In this document: one piece after another, positions 9,478 through 19,051 of the stretch | Numbering within the stretch: the first letter of the stretch is position 1 | How the letters are laid out: each line of letters opens with the position of its first letter | From: an uncultured Eubacteriales bacterium | GTDB lineage: Bacteria > Bacillota > Clostridia > Oscillospirales > Oscillospiraceae | Assembly: GCA_900545515.1 (NCBI GenBank) | Contig: UQZA01000002.1 | Span: 31,345 to 95,344 of the forward strand | Direction of reading: 5' to 3' | DNA length: 64,000 nucleotides | Position numbers and translations under genes: made by a program | Notes under the pieces: model-generated | Told to the model about the DNA's origin: nothing | What the model saw: only the letters and a program-made list of their open reading frames with translations | Database searches by the model: none

Positions 9478-9762
9478 ACTTTGGTCTTTTCTGCCATTAT
9501 ACCGTTATATGAGACATTTTTCAAGAAGCTCTAAAACAAAAACCAGGACGGCAGCATTTCCTGTTTCCGTACTGGCGCGGGAGCGCTCTTGCCTCCGGGG
9601 GAAGGCAGGGCGCTTCCGTGCCAGTGATGGGTGCACTTGGACCCGAAAAGGGGATATGCTGCTGCCCTGAAACAAAAACAGGGGGTGGGCCTGCTACAAA
9701 AGAGGGCAAGTCAAAGTGATTGCCTTTTATAGCAGGTGCAACTCAGGCTGATTTGGACCATG

Positions 9763-11427
9763 TCATCCGTAATTCCGGTGTAGGAAAGTCACCACCTGGC
9801 CCCGGGTGCAGTTGTCCTCCGGCTTGAATTGCCCGGCCTCCATGCCGTTGGTAATCCCGCTTTGCACAGCCCAGAGGACGGCGCTGTAATAGAACCGATC
9901 CTCAGAAATGTCCTGGAAGGGGTTTTCCGTCTCTGCCGGCGGCTGCCCCATGGCGCGCCAGAGGAAGGTGACAACCTGCCCGCGTGTGACGGTTCCCTCC
10001 GGGTTAAAGAGGTTGCCGCTCACCCCGAGAGCAATTTCGTTTTCGTAGGCCCACAGGACCGCCTGATAGCAGTACTGATCGGGAACTACGTCCCCGAAGG
10101 GACATTCTGTCCCGGCAGGGGCCGGACAGCCGGCTGCCCGCCAGAGAAAGGTCACGACCTGGCCCCGGGTGCAGCTGTCATTGGGTTTGAAGTGGGTGGC
10201 ATCTACTCCCAACGTAATGCCGTTTTCCACAGCCCAGAGTACAGGCGTGTAATAAAATTGGTCCGCCTTCACGTCCGCAAAGGGGCTGGGATCTGGGTCT
10301 GGCTCAGGATTGGGGTCCGGTGCGGGTGTTACCTGATCTGGCGAGAGGATATAGGACAGAGACTCTTGGATGGTGGTCTTGGAAAGCTGACCATCCCAGC
10401 GGATTTGGCACTTTCCTGTGAAGTTGCAGTCGGCATAGGTGACGGTGTCTCCGTCCACTGCTGTGACCCAAATGCTATGGGTGTCGTTCCGAAAGCGGAT
10501 CACGTCTCCTGCCTGGAGCTGGTCCAGGTCATAGAACTCCGTCCAGTCTCTGGTGTTGGTGCCATAGTAATCATAGGCCAACTTTTTGACAAATCCTACG
10601 CATTGCCAGGCCCCTAGAAATGAGTTGCAGGTGCAATCTGCCTTCTGTGTACAATCCCGGCAGCCATAAGGGCGCTCACATTCATCGCAGGGGAACTGCG
10701 TGTATCCGTCTGGGTTCGGATCGGGGCTACCCACATGATTCCAGTACATTCCGTCCGGAAACTTCTCCTTCAACTGGTCCAGGGTGAGGCGTGTTTCTGC
10801 ATGTTCCCTTTGGACTGAAACAGAAGAGCTGGTTTTCAGGGCGCTTTTTGGATTGGTGTAGCTGGTAATTTCACCGGTGGTGGTGTGGTACCGGTAGACG
10901 ACATTCCCATCTGCCAGCATATAATCCACCAGCTCTGGCCCGGCCAGCCAGAAGCGGGACAGTCCCTCCCGGCGTAGCAGCGCACTGGAATGTCCGGTAT
11001 CCAGATCCCGGTAAAAGATGGCTTCGTCAGCCAGATAATACAGGCGGCTGCCTGCCACTGCAAATCTGGAAATTTCCGCAACGGTCTCCGTCACCCGGTT
11101 CCATTGCCAGGTCTCCAAGTCCAGATAGGAGATGACAGATTTGCCGGATTCCCGGGTAAGTGCGAAGAGCCTCTGCCCGGCGGAGCAAATTTGCAGCACA
11201 GACGCTTCTGTGAGGTACACCCTGCCGGAGTGCTCCCGGCTCTCCCGATACAGGCGATTACCCTGCTCTTCGTCCATACCGTAGAGGTATTCCTCTACAT
11301 ATGCTTCCACATCGCTGTTGGCAAAGTATTCTGGTTTTTGATTGGCAGCTGCGGCATTCCCATGGGGAAGCAACGCGGCTGTGAGACAGAAGAGCAGTAT
11401 CAGACTGGATATTCTTTGAAACATCAT
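9763..11427 (-). CDS. Secreted SLH-domain protein with putative CHAP/NlpC-P60-like cysteine peptidase (cell-wall hydrolase) domain and three C-terminal SLH domains
   Basis: Start MMFQRISSLILLFCLTAALL (signal peptide) after AAGGAGG. CHAP-like segment CNSFLGAWQCVGFVKKLAYDYYG...HSIWVTAVDGDTVTYADCNF. Three SLH repeats (FADVKADQFYYTPVLWAVENGIT...). Confidence 0.7.
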   Translation of the reverse strand: MMFQRISSLILLFCLTAALLPHGNAAAANQKPEYFANSDVEAYVEEYLYGMDEEQGNRLYRESREHSGRVYLTEASVLQICSAGQRLFALTRESGKSVISYLDLETWQWNRVTETVAEISRFAVAGSRLYYLADEAIFYRDLDTGHSSALLRREGLSRFWLAGPELVDYMLADGNVVYRYHTTTGEITSYTNPKSALKTSSSVSVQREHAETRLTLDQLKEKFPDGMYWNHVGSPDPNPDGYTQFPCDECERPYGCRDCTQKADCTCNSFLGAWQCVGFVKKLAYDYYGTNTRDWTEFYDLDQLQAGDVIRFRNDTHSIWVTAVDGDTVTYADCNFTGKCQIRWDGQLSKTTIQESLSYILSPDQVTPAPDPNPEPDPDPSPFADVKADQFYYTPVLWAVENGITLGVDATHFKPNDSCTRGQVVTFLWRAAGCPAPAGTECPFGDVVPDQYCYQAVLWAYENEIALGVSGNLFNPEGTVTRGQVVTFLWRAMGQPPAETENPFQDISEDRFYYSAVLWAVQSGITNGMEAGQFKPEDNCTRGQVVTFLHRNYG

Positions 11428-11530
11428 GTTCCTCCTTGGTGCTGTGTGTTGACGGCAGATCCGACATCCGCCAGGTAAAAGTTGGCGCTTCGCAAGTCCA
11501 GCTTTGCGGAGCGCCAAGGCGTTTGCATGT

Positions 11531-12820
11531 CTATTTCTTTTCAATGATCTCAATTCCACCCAAGTATTTTCTTAGCACTTCCGGTACCACCACGGAGCCA
11601 TCGGCCCGCTGGTTTTGTTCTACCATGGCGGGGAAAATGCGGGAGGTGGCCAGGCCGGAGCCATTGAGGGTGTGGACAAATTCAGGCTTACCCGTGGCTT
11701 CCCGGCGGAAGCGGATGTTGCCCCGGCGGGCCTGATAGTCCCGGGCATTGGACACGGAGGAAACCTCTTTATAGCCATTCATGGAGGGAATTTGAATCTC
11801 AATGTCATAGGTCCGTGCCATAGAGGCGGAACAGTCGCCGGCAGCCAGCTTCACCGTGCGGAAATGGAAGCCCAGGTCCCGCACCAGCCGCTCTGCCTTG
11901 CCCACCAACTCTTCAAAAGCCTGATCAGAGTCCTCGGGACGGGTGTACTGAAACATTTCCACCTTGTTGAACTGGTGGCCCCGTACCATACCCCGTTCTT
12001 CCGCCCGGTGGCTGCCGGCCTCCCGGCGGAAGCAGGGGGTATAGGCGAAGAACTTTCTTGGCAGCTCAGCCTCCGGCAGAATCTCACCCCGGTATACGCT
12101 GGCCAGGGCTGCTTCCGCTGTGGGGAGCATATAATGGACCCGGTCATCTGTAGGGTTGGCGATCTTATAGACTTCGTCAGCAAACTTGGGGAACTGCCCG
12201 GCCGTCTCGCCGCATTGGTACTCCAGCATGTGGGGCGGCAAAATAAACTCATAGCCATCAGCTACATGGGCATCTATGAAATAGTTGAGCAGGGCCCACT
12301 CCAGCCGGGCGCCCATTCCCTTGTAAATCCAGAACCCGGAGCCGGCCAGCTTCGTCCCCCGATCATAGTCAATGAGACCCAGATCCAGGCACAGGTCCAC
12401 GTGGTGTTTGGGGGTAAAATCAAAGTGATGGGGCTCACCATAATACCGCAGGGGCTCGTTGTGCTCTTTGCCACCGGGGACCAGATCTGGGTCCGGCAGG
12501 TTGGGAAGACTGAGCATCAGGTTGTGGTATTCCACTTCTACTGCATCCAGCTTTTCTGCGGCGGCGGCAATGGCGGTTTTCAGCTCTGCCATCTCACGGA
12601 AAATGGGGGTGACATCTTGCCCGGCCTTTTTCAGCCGGGGGATTTCCTTGGAGATCCGGTTTTGCTCGGCCTTTTTGGTCTCCGTCTCCACAATTAGCGC
12701 CCGGCGCTGGGCGTCTAGCTCCAAAATCCGGTCCACCGCCTCATCACAGTTCACTTCTTTGGCCCGCAGACCCGCTTTTACCGCCTCCGGGGCTTCTTTG
12801 ATCCGTTTGATATCCAACAT
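11531..12820 (-). CDS. serS: Seryl-tRNA synthetase
   Basis: 429 aa with N-terminal coiled-coil MLDIKRIKEAPEAVKAGLRAK and class II aaRS motifs (FRRE, GSGFWIYKG). Confidence 0.95.
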   Translation of the reverse strand: MLDIKRIKEAPEAVKAGLRAKEVNCDEAVDRILELDAQRRALIVETETKKAEQNRISKEIPRLKKAGQDVTPIFREMAELKTAIAAAAEKLDAVEVEYHNLMLSLPNLPDPDLVPGGKEHNEPLRYYGEPHHFDFTPKHHVDLCLDLGLIDYDRGTKLAGSGFWIYKGMGARLEWALLNYFIDAHVADGYEFILPPHMLEYQCGETAGQFPKFADEVYKIANPTDDRVHYMLPTAEAALASVYRGEILPEAELPRKFFAYTPCFRREAGSHRAEERGMVRGHQFNKVEMFQYTRPEDSDQAFEELVGKAERLVRDLGFHFRTVKLAAGDCSASMARTYDIEIQIPSMNGYKEVSSVSNARDYQARRGNIRFRREATGKPEFVHTLNGSGLATSRIFPAMVEQNQRADGSVVVPEVLRKYLGGIEIIEKK

Positions 12821-12831
12821 GATAATTCACC

Positions 12832-13497
12832 TCATGGGTTAGTTTCCCTGGTATTTTCCTGGGGCTCCACCGCCAGGGGGAGTAGCTCCTGATACAGGGT
12901 CTTGCCTTCTGCATCTAAATTTTCTGCCAAAGGCTTCAGATCCTTCATGGCGGTCAGAAATTCCTCGGTATCTTCCTGATCTAAAGCCCGCTGCGCAGAC
13001 AGCAGCAGCTCATAAGCTTGGACCTGTTGCTCCTGCTTTGTGCATTGGGCTTGTAGGGCCGCATGGCTCTCCTGGAGCGATGTGTTGGTCTCTTCCAGCT
13101 GGCTGTAATTCTTGCTTGTCTCGTCCAGGTCAGCCTGGAGCTGTACCACCTGGTCCTGAAGGGCCTGGTTGGCCTCCAGCAGCTCCCGGTTGTTGTCCTG
13201 AAGCTGCTCTGCCCGGGACAAAGCGCTGTTGGCGTTTTGGTTTAGCTCCGAAATGGTTTGCCGGGAGTCCTTTTGCTGAATCAGGAAGGAGAGCAGTACC
13301 AAAACAAACGCCACGCCAAACAGAAAGGCGATGTAAGTCATGAGAGCCCGATTGCGGTTGGGGGATGTGGGTTTTTCCCCAGGTGGCTCCTGGGCGGGGG
13401 GCGCGCTGGCCTCCGGTTGCTCCTCGATCAGCTGGCCCATTTTTTCCAATAGCTCGTGGCCGGATTTGGCCGGTTTTTTCTCTGGCTGCTTTTTCAT
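12832..13497 (-). CDS. Coiled-coil membrane protein of unknown function, translationally coupled to parB
   Basis: 221 aa: N-terminal charged region, one TM (YIAFLFGVAFVLVLLSFLI), then a long Q/E/L-rich coiled coil. Its start overlaps the parB stop (ATGA). Confidence 0.55.
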   Translation of the reverse strand: MKKQPEKKPAKSGHELLEKMGQLIEEQPEASAPPAQEPPGEKPTSPNRNRALMTYIAFLFGVAFVLVLLSFLIQQKDSRQTISELNQNANSALSRAEQLQDNNRELLEANQALQDQVVQLQADLDETSKNYSQLEETNTSLQESHAALQAQCTKQEQQVQAYELLLSAQRALDQEDTEEFLTAMKDLKPLAENLDAEGKTLYQELLPLAVEPQENTRETNP

Positions 13498-14387
13498 GGT
13501 TTGTTCCCCATCTCCTTTGGCAGGGCTTGCAGGGCTTCATAGAGCCGCTGTAAATCTTCCGGGCCATAAAATTCCAGCTCAAACCGGCCCTTCCGTTTGC
13601 CGCTGATAATTTTGACGCCGCGACCCAGATGGTGTGACAGGGTTTTTTCACACTCCGCCACATAGTTCACCTGGAGCGCCTGCGTAGGGGGCTCCGGCTT
13701 GGGTTCCCGGCACAGTGTCCGGCACAGGGCTTCCGCCTGGCGGACGGACAGGTCCAGCGCAGCGATCTTCTGGGCTGCCTCCCGCTGCTTTTTGGGGTCT
13801 TTGACGCTTAAAACCGCGCGGGCATGGCCGGGACTCAGTTTACCGGACCGAACCAACGCCAGCAGGTCCTCGTCTAAGTTCAGCAGTCGCAGGGCATTGG
13901 CCACGGCGGGACGGGACTTTCCCACCCGCTGGGCTGCCTCCTCCTGGGTCAGGCCGTAATCGGAGAGAAGACTCTGATATCCCAGGGCCTCTTCCACAGG
14001 ATTCAAATCCTGACGCTGGAGGTTTTCTATGAGGGCCAGCTCCATGGCTTTCCGGTCATCCGCCTCCACCACCAAGGCGGGGACCTCCGTGAGGCCAGCC
14101 AGCCGGGCTGCCCGCCAGCGTCGTTCTCCGGCAATGATCTGGTAGTATTCAGAACCTGAGATTTCCCGCACAGTCAGGGGCTGCAACATGCCATGGGTGG
14201 CAATGGAGTCCGCTAAGGCCTGTAGCTCCTCTTCATTAAAATCCCGGCGGGGTTGATCCGGGTTTGGCTCCACCCGCTGCAGGGGCAGCAGGCGGAGGGT
14301 TCCGTCCCCCTCCGGGGCCTGATTGTAGTCGCCAAGCAGGGCGCCCAGGCCCCTGCCCAGCCCCTTTTGTTGGGCCATGGCATTCAT
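13494..14387 (-). CDS. parB: Chromosome partitioning protein ParB/Spo0J
   Basis: GLGRGLGALL, IIAGERRWRAARLAGL, and an HTH. Confidence 0.9.
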   Translation of the reverse strand: MNAMAQQKGLGRGLGALLGDYNQAPEGDGTLRLLPLQRVEPNPDQPRRDFNEEELQALADSIATHGMLQPLTVREISGSEYYQIIAGERRWRAARLAGLTEVPALVVEADDRKAMELALIENLQRQDLNPVEEALGYQSLLSDYGLTQEEAAQRVGKSRPAVANALRLLNLDEDLLALVRSGKLSPGHARAVLSVKDPKKQREAAQKIAALDLSVRQAEALCRTLCREPKPEPPTQALQVNYVAECEKTLSHHLGRGVKIISGKRKGRFELEFYGPEDLQRLYEALQALPKEMGNKP

Positions 14388-15139
14388 CCTTTCTCCACAA
14401 TTTCATCGGCCAGCGCCCCGTAAGCCACTGCCCCACGGCTAAAGCGGTCGTAGGCCCCCACAGGCAGGCCGTGGCTGGGTGCCTCCGCTAAGCGCACATT
14501 GCGGGGGACCATGGTGTGAAACACCTTCCCGGGGAAATGACGCCGGACCTCCTGGGCCACCTGGGCGGAGAAATTGGTTCTGCCGTCATACATGGTTAAA
14601 ACCACCCCATAGATGTCCAACGCCGGATTTACCCGGCGCTTTACGGCCCGTAGGGTAGCCATCAAATCGCTCAGCCCCTCCAGGGCGTAGTATTCGCACT
14701 GTACCGGCACCAAAATCCCGTCTGCTGCACACAGGCCGTTGAGGGTCAGCAGCTCCAGAGAGGGCGGACAATCTACGAATATGTAATCAAATTTCTCTTT
14801 GAGCGGCTCCAGCACCCGGCGGAGCTGGTGCTCCCGATCCTGGGCCCCAATGAGCTCCACCCCGGCCCCGGCCAGGGAACTGCTGGAGGGCAATAGCCAG
14901 CCAAATTTGGTCTCCAGCAGGCACTGCTCCGGGGCTGTTCCGTTGATGAGAGCGTCGTAGACCGTCTTCCCGATCCGGCGCTTATCCGCCCCCAGGCCGG
15001 AGGTGGCGTTGGCCTGGGGGTCAAAATCGCACAGGAGAGTCCGCTTCCCCCGCTCGGTGAGCGCTGCTGTCAGATTGACTGCGGTTGTGGTTTTTCCAAC
15101 GCCGCCTTTTTGATTGACAATGGCAATGATGCGGCCCAT
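14384..15139 (-). CDS. parA: Chromosome partitioning ATPase ParA/Soj
   Basis: Deviant Walker A VNQKGGVGKTTTAVNL. Its stop overlaps the parB start by 4 nt. Confidence 0.9.
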   Translation of the reverse strand: MGRIIAIVNQKGGVGKTTTAVNLTAALTERGKRTLLCDFDPQANATSGLGADKRRIGKTVYDALINGTAPEQCLLETKFGWLLPSSSSLAGAGVELIGAQDREHQLRRVLEPLKEKFDYIFVDCPPSLELLTLNGLCAADGILVPVQCEYYALEGLSDLMATLRAVKRRVNPALDIYGVVLTMYDGRTNFSAQVAQEVRRHFPGKVFHTMVPRNVRLAEAPSHGLPVGAYDRFSRGAVAYGALADEIVEKG

Positions 15140-15185
15140 CCCAGGCCTCCTTTCCGTCTCGTTTCCGTTCCGTCGTACTTGCGTT

Positions 15186-15213
15186 ATTATAGCACAGACG
15201 CCCCGAATTGCAA
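15186..15213 (-). promoter_or_regulatory. Putative parA promoter (-35 TTGCAA, 16 nt, -10 TATAAT on the minus strand)
   Basis: Minus-strand read: TTGCAATTCGGGGCGTCTGTGCTATAAT, then AAAGGAGG and ATG. Confidence 0.45.
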
Positions 15214-15219
15214 CGGTTT

Positions 15220-15235
15220 TGTTTCACGTGAAACA
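15220..15235. promoter_or_regulatory. parS: parS centromere site TGTTTCACGTGAAACA (perfect 16-bp palindrome)
   Basis: Matches the Firmicute parS consensus tGTTNCACGTGAAACa. It lies immediately upstream of the parA promoter. Confidence 0.8.
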
Positions 15236-15242
15236 GCAGGCG

Positions 15243-15593
15243 TCATCGGCTGGGTTGCGTGACGTTTGTCACATAGTTTTGCCCGATGGTTGGGTTAGCA
15301 GAGCCGTAAGAGGGCAAAAAAAGCAGCAGAGCCAACAGAACCAGGCAAATGCAAGATAAAACCACACAGATTTGCACCAGCCGCCGTTGCCGTTTGCGCA
15401 TGACAGCCAGGAGCTCCTCCACCTTCTGTGGCTTTACAGGCCGCTTCCCCCGCCGCTCCAGATCCACGGCCGGACGCTTGGGAATGACCACGGGTGTTTC
15501 ACGTGAAACAGGATGGTTTTTCATGTCCACCAGGCACCGGTCGCAGAACACCTGGGGAGCTTCTATTTCCGTGCCACATTTCAGGCAATGCAT
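15243..15593 (-). CDS. Small zinc-ribbon membrane protein
   Basis: Start MHCLKCGTEIEAPQVFCDRC (two CxxC pairs) after GGAGGTGG. It has a Lys/Arg-rich linker and one TM. It is the N-terminally trimmed form of the 272-aa track ORF. Confidence 0.55.
   Translation of the reverse strand: MHCLKCGTEIEAPQVFCDRCLVDMKNHPVSRETPVVIPKRPAVDLERRGKRPVKPQKVEELLAVMRKRQRRLVQICVVLSCICLVLLALLLFLPSYGSANPTIGQNYVTNVTQPSR
15495..15510. promoter_or_regulatory. parS: Second parS site TGTTTCACGTGAAACA, inside the zinc-ribbon gene
   Basis: The same perfect 16-mer occurs 275 bp from the first site. Confidence 0.8.
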
Positions 15594-15833
15594 ACTCCCA
15601 CCTCCGTTTCCGTTATTGTACAACAAAAAAGAGCCTTCGTAAACAGGCAAGGTAAAAAATAAATCCACTGCGCGCCGATGCAGCATGGCCACGGAACCGG
15701 CAGATGGATGCAAATGCATCGGGGGCGCAGTGGAAAAACGCACGGAATGCAAAGCAAACCGCAAAAAATGCGATGGAAAATCACCCGGTTCCATCGTATA
15801 ATATATGGAAGACAAACGGGCAGAGGTGTAGAT

Positions 15834-16139
15834 ATGGAGACAAAAGAAAAACGATTTGGCCGGGCCTGGGAGGCCTGCTGGACGCAAATGGATCTTCTGG
15901 ACATTCCCACGGTCCGAATGCGGGAGTTGGCAAGCCGAATGGGCCCTTGCGCAGCTGCCCACCGCATTCTGACAGGACGCCGCTGCAGTGATGGCTTCGA
16001 CCAATTGGCCCGCATGGGGAAGTGGGAGCTGAGCCTGGAAGCGTTGGCCTTGAAGCCCCAATGGGGCGAGCTCTTTTCCGATGAAGAGGCCAACGAGGCG
16101 TTACACCGGCTTATGGAGGCGGGCTGCCGCTTTTTGTGA
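15834..16139 (+). CDS. Hypothetical protein (101 aa)
   Basis: The ATG is preceded by GAGGTG. No recognisable domain. Confidence 0.35.
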   Translation: METKEKRFGRAWEACWTQMDLLDIPTVRMRELASRMGPCAAAHRILTGRRCSDGFDQLARMGKWELSLEALALKPQWGELFSDEEANEALHRLMEAGCRFL

Positions 16140-16205
16140 GCCCACTACTACCGAACAATCAATTAAAACGATTTTGCCTTTGGCAGAGAAAGGATATGGA
16201 TTGCT

Positions 16206-17213
16206 ATGAAGGAATACACCGTAGCCATTTTGGGTGCAACCGGCGCCGTGGGACAGGAGATGAGGAAGCGTCTGGAGGAGCGGAACTTCCCAGTGGGGAG
16301 GCTGAAGCTTCTGGCCAGCACCCGGAGCGCAGGAAAAACCGTGATGTTCCGCGGCCAAAACATCCCCATTGAAGAGGCCAATGAGGCGGCATTCCAGGGG
16401 GTGGACCTGGTGCTGGGGGCGGCGGAAAATGAAGTCGCCATACGCTTTGCTCCGGCCATCCGGGCTGCAGGAGCTGTGTTTGTGGACAATTCCAGCGCCT
16501 TCCGTATGGACCCCACCGTCCCCCTGGTGGTGCCGGAGGTCAATCCACAGGATGCCGCTCTTCATACCGGGATTGTGGCCAATCCCAACTGCTCTACCAT
16601 CATCACCGTGACCGCCATCGCCGCGCTCAACCGGCTTTCACCCATCCGGAGTATGGTGGCCAGCACCTATCAGGCAGTTTCCGGGGCTGGCGTAGCTGGA
16701 ATTGGAGAGCTACATGACCAGATTTCTGCCCTGGAGGCGGGGCGAACGCCCACTGTTTCGGCATTCCCCCATCAGATTGCGTATAATCTGATTCCCCAAA
16801 TTGGAGGAACCCAATATGAGGGCTATACCTCCGAAGAAATGAAAATGCAAAACGAAGGTCGGAGGCTTCTCCACCTACCGGATCTGACGGTTTCGTGTAC
16901 CTGCGTTCGGGTTCCGGTCATCCGCAGCCACTCCATTTCGGCGACCCTCCGGTTTGACCGGCCGATCTGTGTGGAAGAGGCGCGGGAGGCCATTGCTGCC
17001 GCACCGGGCTGCCGTCTGATGGACCGTGCAGACGAGGGATATTATCCCATGCCTCTGGAAGCTTCAGACCAGGACCTGGTTTTTGTGGGACGCATTCGCC
17101 CGGACCTTACAGACCCCAAGGGCCTGTGCCTCTGGTGCTGCGGGGATCAAATCCGCAAGGGCGCCGCCACCAACGCCGTGCAGATTGCGGAGCTCCTCTT
17201 CCCGGCCGGCTAA
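16206..17213 (+). CDS. asd: Aspartate-semialdehyde dehydrogenase
   Basis: AILGATGAVGQEM (NAD-binding) and NPNCSTI (active-site Cys). Confidence 0.9.
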   Translation: MKEYTVAILGATGAVGQEMRKRLEERNFPVGRLKLLASTRSAGKTVMFRGQNIPIEEANEAAFQGVDLVLGAAENEVAIRFAPAIRAAGAVFVDNSSAFRMDPTVPLVVPEVNPQDAALHTGIVANPNCSTIITVTAIAALNRLSPIRSMVASTYQAVSGAGVAGIGELHDQISALEAGRTPTVSAFPHQIAYNLIPQIGGTQYEGYTSEEMKMQNEGRRLLHLPDLTVSCTCVRVPVIRSHSISATLRFDRPICVEEAREAIAAAPGCRLMDRADEGYYPMPLEASDQDLVFVGRIRPDLTDPKGLCLWCCGDQIRKGAATNAVQIAELLFPAG

Positions 17214-17228
17214 GGCCGGCGGGAAGGA

Positions 17229-18146
17229 TTATCGCAAATCCCGCTTGACACCGGCAGCAATGTCCAGGATGTCTGCCATGGTGGAAATGTGGGAAATTTT
17301 CTCCTTATAATAGCCGCTGTAGGGTACGCCCCGAAGGTACCAGGCAAAGTGCTTGCGCGCTTCCAGGCAGGCAATGTGCTCCCCTTTATCCTGCTCAGCC
17401 AGGCGAAACTGCTCCACCGCCGTGTCAACCCGGCTGGCCAGGGGTGGCCGGGGAGGAGTAGCTTGCCCGGCCAGGGCGGCGGCCACCTCCTGAAAAAGCC
17501 AGGGATCCCCAAAGACTCCCCGGCCCAGCATGATGAGATCCGCTCCAGACCGCTTTTGGCATTGCAGCGCCGCCTCTCCGGAAAAAACATCCCCATTGGC
17601 AATCACCGGAATGGAGACTGCGGCTTTGACCTTCCGGATGGTGTCCCAGTCTGCCACACCGGAATAGAGCATGGTCCTGGTCCGGCCATGGACCGCAATG
17701 GCCTGGGCGCCGGCGGCCTCCACCGCTTGGGCCAGTTCTACCACGTTGATGCTGCCCCGGTCCCAGCCCAGCCGGCATTTCACCGTGACGGGAACCGGGA
17801 CAGCATGGGCCACGGCTTCCACAATCCGGGCGGCCAGAGGAATGTCCTTCATGAGAGCAGAGCCGTCGCCGTTACTGACCACCTTGGCCATGGGACAGCC
17901 CATGTTGATGTCAATGAAGTCACAGCCGGAAATCTCCATGGCCAGAGCTGCCCCCTGGGCCATTACTTCGGGATCATTGCCAAAAATCTGAGCTCCTACC
18001 ACAGAACCTTCGTTTTTCCGCAGAAGCCCGGCGCTCTTCCGGTCCCTGTACACCAGGGCCCGGGAGGATACCATCTCCGTTACTGTGAGGCCGGCGCCCA
18101 TTCGGGCGCATATGGTTCGAAACGCCCAGTCCGTCACTCCGGCCAT
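17229..18146 (-). CDS. dusB: tRNA-dihydrouridine synthase (DusB-like)
   Basis: APMAGVTDWAFR plus TIM-barrel motifs. The in-frame upstream sequence encodes LLKIGNLTIPGHLAL after GGAGGTG, so the true start is probably a non-ATG codon near 18194. Confidence 0.85.
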   Translation of the reverse strand: MAGVTDWAFRTICARMGAGLTVTEMVSSRALVYRDRKSAGLLRKNEGSVVGAQIFGNDPEVMAQGAALAMEISGCDFIDINMGCPMAKVVSNGDGSALMKDIPLAARIVEAVAHAVPVPVTVKCRLGWDRGSINVVELAQAVEAAGAQAIAVHGRTRTMLYSGVADWDTIRKVKAAVSIPVIANGDVFSGEAALQCQKRSGADLIMLGRGVFGDPWLFQEVAAALAGQATPPRPPLASRVDTAVEQFRLAEQDKGEHIACLEARKHFAWYLRGVPYSGYYKEKISHISTMADILDIAAGVKRDLR

Positions 18147-18270
18147 GGGCGCCAGGGCCAGGTGGCCGGGAATGGTTAAATTTCCAATTTTCAGAAGGGA
18201 ACACCTCCGTATTTTTACATGAGAGTATCATATCATGGGGGAGAAAAAATCGCAAGCTGCGGGAAAGACC

Positions 18271-18299
18271 TTGCAGAAAAATGGGAATTCTGCTATAAT
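18271..18299 (+). promoter_or_regulatory. sigma-A-type promoter (-35 TTGCAG, 17 nt, -10 TATAAT) for comEB
   Basis: TTGCAGAAAAATGGGAATTCTGCTATAAT. Confidence 0.5.
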
Positions 18300-18339
18300 T
18301 TCAGATAATTCAGCAGCTGACGGAAGGGGCGCATCCAGA

Positions 18340-18822
18340 ATGAAACGGGAAAATTACATTACGTGGGATGAATACTTCATGGGCGTGGCCATGCTGGCCG
18401 CCCGACGGAGCAAGGACCCCAATACCCAGGTGGGGGCCTGCATTGTATCCCCGGACAACATCATTATCTCCACCGGCTACAACGGTCTGCCCAATGGCTG
18501 CTCGGATGACGAGTATCCCTGGGAGCGGGAGGGAGAGGAAACCAAATATCCCTACGTGGTTCACGCGGAACTCAACGCCATTTTAAATGCCAACGGCCGG
18601 GACTTGCGGGGGAGCCGGCTGTATGTGGCCCTCTTTCCCTGCAATGAATGCGCCAAAGCCATCATCCAGGCGGGCGTCAAAGAGGTGCTATACCTGTCGG
18701 ATAAGTACGCAAGCACTGCCGCTACACGGGCCTCCAAACGGATGCTGGATTCCGCCGGCGTGACGTACCGGCAGCTGCATCCCAGCACAAAAGAAATTGT
18801 TCTGGACCTGGCGGAGGAATAA
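18340..18822 (+). CDS. comEB: dCMP deaminase (ComEB/CMP-dCMP deaminase family)
   Basis: HAELNAI and PCNECAK are the zinc-binding motifs. Start MKRENYITW. Confidence 0.85.
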   Translation: MKRENYITWDEYFMGVAMLAARRSKDPNTQVGACIVSPDNIIISTGYNGLPNGCSDDEYPWEREGEETKYPYVVHAELNAILNANGRDLRGSRLYVALFPCNECAKAIIQAGVKEVLYLSDKYASTAATRASKRMLDSAGVTYRQLHPSTKEIVLDLAEE

Positions 18823-19051
18823 TTTTCACCTATCCGGAGCAAACTTAGGGTGCATGCCATAAATTTGCGGAACATAGGAGGGAAAATCTCAAAATTTTCC
18901 TTTACAATTGAAGAACTCCATGATAGAATAAAAAGGCTGGCTATCGCCAGATCCTGTTTATCGCCCGCAGCTCAGTTTCGGGATACCGCCATTGGCGCTC
19001 CACTGGCCCATTCTTAGCTGCCGGGGAATCAATCGAAAGGTGGAAAACATT

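Noticed and set aside
7627-9534. 635-aa ORF on the plus strand
   Set aside because: Shadow ORF antisense to the SLH surface protein gene, with Gly/Arg/Val-rich composition and no motifs.
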